From: Candidatus Taenariivivens baikalensis
GTDB lineage: Bacteria > Omnitrophota > Omnitrophia > Omnitrophales > Aquincolibacteriaceae
Length of the DNA: 64,000 nt
Assembly: GCA_009691445.1 (NCBI GenBank)
Contig: SICL01000007.1
Span: 6,916 to 70,915 of the forward strand
Direction of reading: 5' to 3'
The notes under the pieces were generated by a model. The model made no database searches. It was not told the origin of the DNA and saw only the letters and a program-made list of their open reading frames with translations. Both the position numbers and the translations under genes were made by a program. Each line of letters begins with the position of its first letter. Positions within the stretch are counted from its first letter, which is position 1. Positions 57,554 to 64,000 of this stretch are shown here, piece after piece.

Positions 57554-57966
57554 GGAATGCAAAGACGGGCGTGAGGAATGGCCATCAGCCGCTTTTGAGG
57601 AATGGGTTTTGAACAATTTTCACAAGTCCCGAAGGTACCTTCTTTGATTTTATGGAGCGCAACATCAATCATATTCAAATACTGCTGCTCATTAGAAGCC
57701 AGACCAATATTGAATTCCATGTCAAAATTATCCGTAGCGACATCAGCCATATGAAGAGAATATCCGGAAAGATCTCCTGCAGAATCGCGCTGGGACTTCT
57801 TGAAAGAGCCCTCTTCCAAATGCTCAAGTCCCCCGGCAATCTTGCGGCGGATTTCTAAAAGCGCCGTTCGGTAAGGCTCAAGCTCTTTGCGCACAGGCGC
57901 ATTGATGGCCAGCGGCTGAGGTTTACTTTCAGGTTTCTGAGGGACTACCAATTTTTTCTTTTTCAT
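57514..57966 (-). CDS. TraR/DksA C4-type zinc finger protein
   Basis: HMADVATD, GTFGTCENC...IPQKRLMAIPHARLCIPC. Confidence 0.92.
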   Translation of the reverse strand: MKKKKLVVPQKPESKPQPLAINAPVRKELEPYRTALLEIRRKIAGGLEHLEEGSFKKSQRDSAGDLSGYSLHMADVATDNFDMEFNIGLASNEQQYLNMIDVALHKIKEGTFGTCENCSKPIPQKRLMAIPHARLCIPCQEEEEKNSKRL

Positions 57967-57986
57967 AATGTCTCAAATCGGGGGGC

Positions 57987-58015
57987 ATTATACCGATAGG
58001 TGGGGGACGGTGCAA
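57987..58015 (-). promoter_or_regulatory. Candidate sigma70 promoter for the DksA-like-lspA-lgt-RluA run
   Basis: Minus strand TTGCAC-N17-TATAAT. Confidence 0.6.
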
Positions 58016-58049
58016 GTCTTAGTTCGTAATATAAATTTCCACGGCTGAC

Positions 58050-60782
58050 TCATTTCTGATCCTCTGTTCTGCTTTGCAAAACGTCAAGTTCCCGTTCTAT
58101 CACCCGTAAATCTTGTGCTAAAAGCGCAGGACCTGAACTGAAATCGGACACAAAAATATGAAAAACAGCTTTACTGGGCGATCTAAAGAAAAGGTTTTCA
58201 GGAGCTAACACATGAAGCTGATCCCCGGCTGATACGAGCTGCCACCCGAACGAACTCCCTGAAGTAGTTCCTGGATTCTCAAGAATACCGAGAAATTTTC
58301 CGAAGGTATTTCGACTTTGATTCGCATCGTAAAGATAGACTGCGCCCCTTCCTGTTTCTGGGTTTCCAATCGCAATCTGATGATTGTTAAACACCGCCAG
58401 GCTTTTGCCAAATCCTTGACCCGGCGAGCCTAACGGGATATGAAACGTGTGGATCAGTTCGCCAAAGCTTGGCCTGCTGGGATCGCCTTCAAACAGATAA
58501 ACATCGCCGTCCTTAGTGAACTGACCACCCACGAGGATATCGTTGCCGACCACTTCAATGGAGTAACCAAAACGGTTAAAGCGCTGCGGCGAAGGATCCT
58601 TGAAGCTATGAATGAGGTTACCAAATTTTGGACTAGCAGGATTAGCATCAAACAGATAAACAACTCCTTCATTATCTTCTGTCGCATCCTGTCCGTTTGC
58701 CCCAATCAAAAGAAAATCTCCAAAAGCTTTGAGTGTATTTCCAAAATTATCTCCCCAACTATCCTCAGACCCCGGTGCAGGATTTTTAAACACATGGATG
58801 AGTTGGCCGAAATTCGGATTTCCCTTTTGTCCATTGTAAAGATAAACCACATTCTGCTCACCGGCTACGTCCCCTGCAGTAATGGCAATGTTTCCTCCGA
58901 CTATTTCAATGGATTCACCAAACCAGCCGGGCGATGTCGCTGGCGCAGTCAACGTGTGTATTAACTTGCCATAGGTCGAGCTTTTTGGATTAGCCTCGTA
59001 AAGATACACACTCCCTGCATTAAAACCTGCTTCATCCGAAAGGGGCGCGCTGACCAAATAATAATCATCCTGCTTCACCGCAACGGCGAGGCCGAAGCGG
59101 TCATATTGCCCAATGTCAGGATTTTTTAACTCAACCAAAACTTTCCCGAATGTTCCGCTCTTAGGATCTGTATCCAGGATGTAAGCCGCACCAGATTCTG
59201 TATTTCCATTGATTGTAGTCAGATCCGCACCCGCCAAGACTCTTCCGATTCCGGCGTCGGCTAGCGAGTTCCCGGAACCTAAAAGTCCAAGCAAGCTGGG
59301 TTGCTCAATCGCAAGAATTTCTTTGAGGTTAAAAGGCGCCGCATTGCTTGAGGCCTCAGACTTGGGCGGCATCGAAGGAGTTTCAGGCACCACCGGTGGC
59401 TGAGTTTGAATCGGCTGCTTATTATCGAAACCCATCAAAAGCTCAACAAAACCTTTAGGATGATCTTTAAGATCATTCATTGCAAATGTGACCGAGCGGA
59501 TCTGTGAAAAATTCACTTTCGGGAACCGTCTTCGAACTTCATCCGTCACTGGGATAGATGTCGGCCATACCGTCCCCCCCAAGAGATTCATCCCCCAAGT
59601 AATTGTATCTCCCTCGTCATCTTTATACTCGATAAGAAAGCAGCTGTTTTGACAGCTGATATCCGTATGAAGTCCAAAAATGATTCCTTGTATGTCTCGC
59701 GGCTGATCCTTGAATTCAATGCGCAGACCTGATAATCCGTCTGTATTCTTAGAATCAAATTCCCACTTAACGTGATCTTCATTCAGTTCAACAATCCGGG
59801 TTCCGGCATCCTTATTTCCAGCCGCGGCACCAAAGGGCTCAATCGTATAATTCCCGTTAAATCGATTTACCGGATAAGTGATAAAGTTCTGCATCTCATC
59901 GGTCAGGACCCAAATCAATTTTTCTGAAACTTGTACAATCACCGCATCGGAACTACCCTTCTCGAATCGAACCAGTTTCAGCTCGCCATCAATCTGGTGA
60001 ATTTTTGTGAGATTTCGAAAATTAATTATATTCGCTTTTGAACCTGACGAAGATTTCGTTCCATAAACAATAACGTTCGCGTCCGATGAGATATCAAGAA
60101 CACCGTTAAAAGTTGTGCCGGTTGGCAATGTAATGGTGGTCAATGATTTACCCGTTGCGGATGCCGTAATCCGTATCTCATTTCCGACAACACGGTATAC
60201 ATAAGTCGAATTTGAAGACACTTTGATACCCGGAGAGGGAGGAACAAGATCTGCTAGTTTGAAACTGACGCGAAAAAAACGTGCGGGTTTTGAAGCAAAA
60301 TCATCCGGTGTCCATGTGAGAAGTTCCGGGCCCTTGGTTGAAAAGGAGCGCTCCTCTTTCCAGTCAGAGCTTCCCAAATTCGTAGTGCTTTGGATAGAGT
60401 AAGTACCTGCTTCATTTGCCTTGATTTCAAGGGCAATGCCAGACCCAGCAGGATTGCGCTTAATTAGGAATTTCACAGCCTGTGTAGTTCCGGAATTCGC
60501 TGCATTGGCACTAACAGTTTGAGCCTGTTTTGCTATATTTTTCTCGACGTCTGCAGCTGTTGGCTGGGACAGCGGATTAGTGCCGGGGAAAGGCGGAAGC
60601 GGGAGATCGTTGCGGCCTTGCGGAATAGTGCCGGCAACTTCAGAAATACTTTTCTCGGGCTGGAAATCACGAATGGGGACAGCCGATGGCATCTCAGCTA
60701 GCAAGCTCGGCGTGATTAAAATAAATGAAAGAATGCAGGACAATACTTTTGTGAAAATGGAAGCAGCAGTATAAACCTTCAT
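58050..60782 (-). CDS. Exported FG-GAP (integrin-alpha-like) beta-propeller protein
   Basis: AAGGAG RBS, signal peptide, repeats RFGLAVAV..LVSAP..AGSVYLY, NFGNTL..LIGA..GVVYLF, RFGYSIEV, GFGKSLAV..GAVYLY. Confidence 0.85.
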   Translation of the reverse strand: MKVYTAASIFTKVLSCILSFILITPSLLAEMPSAVPIRDFQPEKSISEVAGTIPQGRNDLPLPPFPGTNPLSQPTAADVEKNIAKQAQTVSANAANSGTTQAVKFLIKRNPAGSGIALEIKANEAGTYSIQSTTNLGSSDWKEERSFSTKGPELLTWTPDDFASKPARFFRVSFKLADLVPPSPGIKVSSNSTYVYRVVGNEIRITASATGKSLTTITLPTGTTFNGVLDISSDANVIVYGTKSSSGSKANIINFRNLTKIHQIDGELKLVRFEKGSSDAVIVQVSEKLIWVLTDEMQNFITYPVNRFNGNYTIEPFGAAAGNKDAGTRIVELNEDHVKWEFDSKNTDGLSGLRIEFKDQPRDIQGIIFGLHTDISCQNSCFLIEYKDDEGDTITWGMNLLGGTVWPTSIPVTDEVRRRFPKVNFSQIRSVTFAMNDLKDHPKGFVELLMGFDNKQPIQTQPPVVPETPSMPPKSEASSNAAPFNLKEILAIEQPSLLGLLGSGNSLADAGIGRVLAGADLTTINGNTESGAAYILDTDPKSGTFGKVLVELKNPDIGQYDRFGLAVAVKQDDYYLVSAPLSDEAGFNAGSVYLYEANPKSSTYGKLIHTLTAPATSPGWFGESIEIVGGNIAITAGDVAGEQNVVYLYNGQKGNPNFGQLIHVFKNPAPGSEDSWGDNFGNTLKAFGDFLLIGANGQDATEDNEGVVYLFDANPASPKFGNLIHSFKDPSPQRFNRFGYSIEVVGNDILVGGQFTKDGDVYLFEGDPSRPSFGELIHTFHIPLGSPGQGFGKSLAVFNNHQIAIGNPETGRGAVYLYDANQSRNTFGKFLGILENPGTTSGSSFGWQLVSAGDQLHVLAPENLFFRSPSKAVFHIFVSDFSSGPALLAQDLRVIERELDVLQSRTEDQK

Positions 60783-61001
60783 AAGCGGGTCTCCTTGTTT
60801 GGGAAATTAAGGGGATAGAATAGGCTTTCCGGAAAACGCTTTCAATAGAGATTTGGAGATAGGTACAGAACTTGAAAAATATTAGCTACATTCCTATCAT
60901 TTCTTTAAATAAATAGTTTGGAAAACCCAGGTTCTTCAAAGTGCAACACAATGAGATTCGCAGTCTCTGCGCAGAATATTGAAGGTCATGGACAAAGAAG
61001 A

Positions 61002-62360
61002 CTAATGAGAGGAACGAGAGAGAGATTCTTCTTCGAGAAAAAAGCCGACGCCGCGTTTGATCATATTTTCTTTGAGGGCACGGATAAAAGCCTCCACCAC
61101 TTCAGAATCAAAATGAGCTCCTCCGCAGCGGCGGAGTTCCTCCATCGCCACTTCCACCGGCCTCCCCTTGCTGTAACAGCGGGTCGAGACAATCGCGTGA
61201 AAGGCATCCACCACCGCGATAATTCGAGACTCCACGGGAATGGCCTGCCCTTTGATACCGCGGGGATAACCGGAGCCGTCAAATTTTTCGTGGTGGCAGC
61301 GGATAATCTCAGCCACTTCCTTGAAATCGGTTAGATGCTCAAGCATCTTCGCGCCTCTTTGGGCATGGGTTTTCATAATTTCCCATTCGTCCGGATCAAG
61401 CTTGGCCGGCTTATTCAAAATCTTGTCAGGAATCGCGATCTTTCCCACATCGTGAAGAATCAACGAAGCGGATAAAATATCTTTCTTCCGGCCGGTGAGA
61501 TCGTAGCCCATCGATTCCGCCGTCATCATTCCCAGCCGCTCAACCTGGTGAATATGTCCGTAGGTGTAAGGGTCCTTGGCGTAAATTTGCTGACCCAGCG
61601 TACGCAGGACTTCATAATAAGTATCGTGCTCTTTTTGACGCAGCCTCTTGGTCTCACGGATCTGTTTTTCAAGTTCAGCGTTCTGACGGAGCAGGCATTG
61701 ATGAAACTCAGCGGTCTTGATCGCCATCGAACAATCCTGAGCCAGCACCTGGACAAACCCGATCTCCTCGGCCGTAAAACAGCGGCGGCTTACTTTTTCT
61801 CCGAGGAGAAGCAGCCCCAGAAGATTTCCTTTAAAATAACTGGGGATCACAAGATCCGCTTTCATCATCTGCATCGCCTTCATCACCTGATTCATGAGCT
61901 GGATCACTGTTTCTGTATTCGGCTTGTGGGCAAGCGCGGTCATCTGTCTCTTTAAATCAGGAAGGTAGATGTGATCGTGTTTGAAATATTTACGGCGCAT
62001 CCGGTTTTGGAACCAAAAAATGAGCGGATGATTGGCGTCGACTTTAATCAGACCCAGCGGAATCTTTTTATCGCCCTTGGAATCAATGAAAATAAAACGC
62101 TGTTTAGATTCTTCAAAAACAAGAAGCGAAGTGTGTGTGACGGAAACCTCGCGGTCAATCAGCCGCGTGACGAGTTTAACAAGCCGCTCAGGTTTCCGCA
62201 GACGAACCATCGTCCGGGCCACATCGCTCAGGACCTTTTGATAGTTGAGGGATTTCGACCGAATCAACGCACTGGGAGCTGCGATCACTTTTAAAATCGG
62301 ATGGCGGCGGCCGCTAACGTTTAGCAAGGTGTTCAATTTTATCCTGGACATCTTTTTCAA
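61002..62360 (-). CDS. GAF + HD-GYP domain phosphodiesterase
   Basis: AKDPYTYGH, LHDVGKI, ILNKPAKL, HHEKFDGSGYPRG, VVDAFHA. Confidence 0.9.
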   Translation of the reverse strand: MKKMSRIKLNTLLNVSGRRHPILKVIAAPSALIRSKSLNYQKVLSDVARTMVRLRKPERLVKLVTRLIDREVSVTHTSLLVFEESKQRFIFIDSKGDKKIPLGLIKVDANHPLIFWFQNRMRRKYFKHDHIYLPDLKRQMTALAHKPNTETVIQLMNQVMKAMQMMKADLVIPSYFKGNLLGLLLLGEKVSRRCFTAEEIGFVQVLAQDCSMAIKTAEFHQCLLRQNAELEKQIRETKRLRQKEHDTYYEVLRTLGQQIYAKDPYTYGHIHQVERLGMMTAESMGYDLTGRKKDILSASLILHDVGKIAIPDKILNKPAKLDPDEWEIMKTHAQRGAKMLEHLTDFKEVAEIIRCHHEKFDGSGYPRGIKGQAIPVESRIIAVVDAFHAIVSTRCYSKGRPVEVAMEELRRCGGAHFDSEVVEAFIRALKENMIKRGVGFFLEEESLSRSSH

Positions 62361-62694
62361 GATATTCGAGACTTAAAGGTTTTGTGATGTAATTATCTGC
62401 GCCGTAACGAAGCGCCTTTTCAATCTTGTCGTGTGTTTCAAGCGCTGTCACCATAATCACTTTGATTTGCGGGTATTTGTGTTTGATCCATTTTAAGGTT
62501 TCCAGGCCATCCAGCTCACCCGGCATCTGAACATCAAGAAGCACGACATCCGGTTGTATTTTTTCGACCGTCTGAATGGCTTCATCCCCCGAATGAGCAA
62601 TCGCGACCAGATAATCCCGCTCCTCAAAAAAGGTGCGCAGAAACTCGCAAATCTCCACCTCATCATCAACGATCAGTAATTGCTTGTTCATCAA
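62314..62694 (-). CDS. Single-domain response regulator
   Basis: LLIVDDE, VLLDVQMP, VIMVTA, GADNYITKP. Confidence 0.93.
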   Translation of the reverse strand: MMNKQLLIVDDEVEICEFLRTFFEERDYLVAIAHSGDEAIQTVEKIQPDVVLLDVQMPGELDGLETLKWIKHKYPQIKVIMVTALETHDKIEKALRYGADNYITKPLSLEYLEKDVQDKIEHLAKR

Positions 62695-62788
62695 AACCTC
62701 CGCCGTCTCAAAATCAGGGACAGGTCCCAGATACGTACGTTATCTTTATCAATTAATTTTAAAAATTCTCAATGGACACTCTTCACGA

Positions 62789-64000
62789 TCACAAAGTTGA
62801 TGGAACCTGTCCTTGGGCCATCTCACGGGATGGTGAAAGAGAAAACGTTTCCTCTTTGGTCACGGCCGCCTCCGTACAAGGAAGCTGAATCATAAAAAGA
62901 GTTCCCTCACCCACACGGCTTTCAGCCCGGATGGAGCCGCCGTAGCGATGAATAATCTGTTTCGTGACAAAAAGACCAAGCCCTACGCCGTCCTGGCGCG
63001 TCGTAAAAAACGGATTAAAAAGCCGGTGAATATTTTCCCTGGAAATTCCAGGGCCGCTATCCAGCACAAGAATTTCGATCAGACTTTCGTGATCCAGATA
63101 ATTGATTTCGCAATGGACTTTGCCGCCCTTCGATCCCAGCGACTGAACAGCATTCAAGGTTAAGCTTAAAAAAACTTCCCTCATCTCGTGAAGATTGCCC
63201 ACGAACACCGGCACCGGCCCTCGAGAAGAACTCGTGATACGAATTCCCTCCAGGGAAGTCTGATACGAAACCAGGGCAAGGGTATCACTTAAGACCTGAA
63301 CCAGATTCAAGGGTTCCCGGGATGCCCCCGCCCCTTGAGAAAACATTAAAAGCTTCCTAGTGATATCGGCAGCGCGTTTGGTTTGCTGTACGATTGTTTT
63401 TAAAACATCCTCCACCTGATCGCTCATCCCTGTCTTTTCCTTTTTAAGAAGCAGGACCTGGGCCTTGCCGGAAATGATGGTCAAAGGATTGTGAATCTCG
63501 TGGGCAATCCCGGTGGCGAGCTGTTCGATCGCGGCCATTTTGGTGGTTTGAACCAACGCAGACTGAGAGTCCTGAAGTGTTTTATTGGCCTGCTCCAGTT
63601 CATAAAATTGACGCGCATTGCGGACACTGGGCGCAACCGCTTCCGAAAATTCTCGAAAAAATTGAAAATCGGCTTCGTCAAATATACTTTCCGGGCTGGG
63701 AGCGGCAAATCCAAGAGCCCCGACAAGTTCGGATTTTACAAAAAGAGGAATCACCCAGCTTGCGTGGAGCTGGGTAAAATCATGAGAAATTCGGTTCGCA
63801 TCCAGCCAGGCAAGCGAACGGACCACTCGGTCACGAACCAGCACGTGCGGCCCCGTGGAGCGGATGATTTCGATGAGCGCTGAATCATACGGAAGCCAGA
63901 CCCGTTTGGTCTCAGAAACATTCCAGCCATAACCGGAAACAACATCAAAGGTCTGCTGGGGAGGACAATGCGCCAGAAGCACCACGGTTTTCAGATGCAG
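62789..64000 (-). CDS. GAF-domain sensor histidine kinase (5' end beyond the window)
   Basis: H-box GIAHEIHNPL, N-box NAVQS, DSGPGI, FNPFFTT, GVGLGL; frame stays open to base 64000. Confidence 0.92.
   Translation of the reverse strand: MHLKTVVLLAHCPPQQTFDVVSGYGWNVSETKRVWLPYDSALIEIIRSTGPHVLVRDRVVRSLAWLDANRISHDFTQLHASWVIPLFVKSELVGALGFAAPSPESIFDEADFQFFREFSEAVAPSVRNARQFYELEQANKTLQDSQSALVQTTKMAAIEQLATGIAHEIHNPLTIISGKAQVLLLKKEKTGMSDQVEDVLKTIVQQTKRAADITRKLLMFSQGAGASREPLNLVQVLSDTLALVSYQTSLEGIRITSSSRGPVPVFVGNLHEMREVFLSLTLNAVQSLGSKGGKVHCEINYLDHESLIEILVLDSGPGISRENIHRLFNPFFTTRQDGVGLGLFVTKQIIHRYGGSIRAESRVGEGTLFMIQLPCTEAAVTKEETFSLSPSREMAQGQVPSTL

Overview
Bacterial chromosomal window, almost entirely minus-strand coding. 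Gene content (giant repeat protein, small secretin with ExeA ATPases, TIGR04073-like pair, futalosine genes) suggests Omnitrophota or another PVC-group lineage; this is inference only. The ORF track misses the dominant feature: one open frame from ATG 16209 running off the left edge (at least 5403 codons). It encodes a Sec-exported giant protein with four LamG-like domains followed by about 40+ Ig-like ~95-aa repeats. It is the last visible gene of a tightly packed cassette: ExeA ATPase, membrane-anchored HD-GYP, second ExeA, GspC/PilP-like, secretin, coiled-coil/TPR protein, giant protein. Upstream lie glycan-tailoring genes (WecA-like, WbqC, PIG-L), a TPR-metzincin protease and a degenerate PLD-fold protein. 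Miniature palindromic elements occur between genes, nested inside each other, and inserted in frame into the same loop of the giant protein's Ig repeats (1498-1606, 4730-4782, 6739-6793). The rest is envelope and housekeeping content: SurA-like, lpxD, folE, apbC, cysteine desulfurase, a Wzc/short-OPX/beta-barrel export module, a GGDEF protein, an O-antigen-ligase-like protein, futalosine menaquinone genes, RluA family, lgt, lspA, DksA-like, an FG-GAP propeller protein and a kinase/regulator/HD-GYP set. No rRNA, tRNA, CRISPR array or transposase was seen. All family calls come from motifs read by eye, not database searches.
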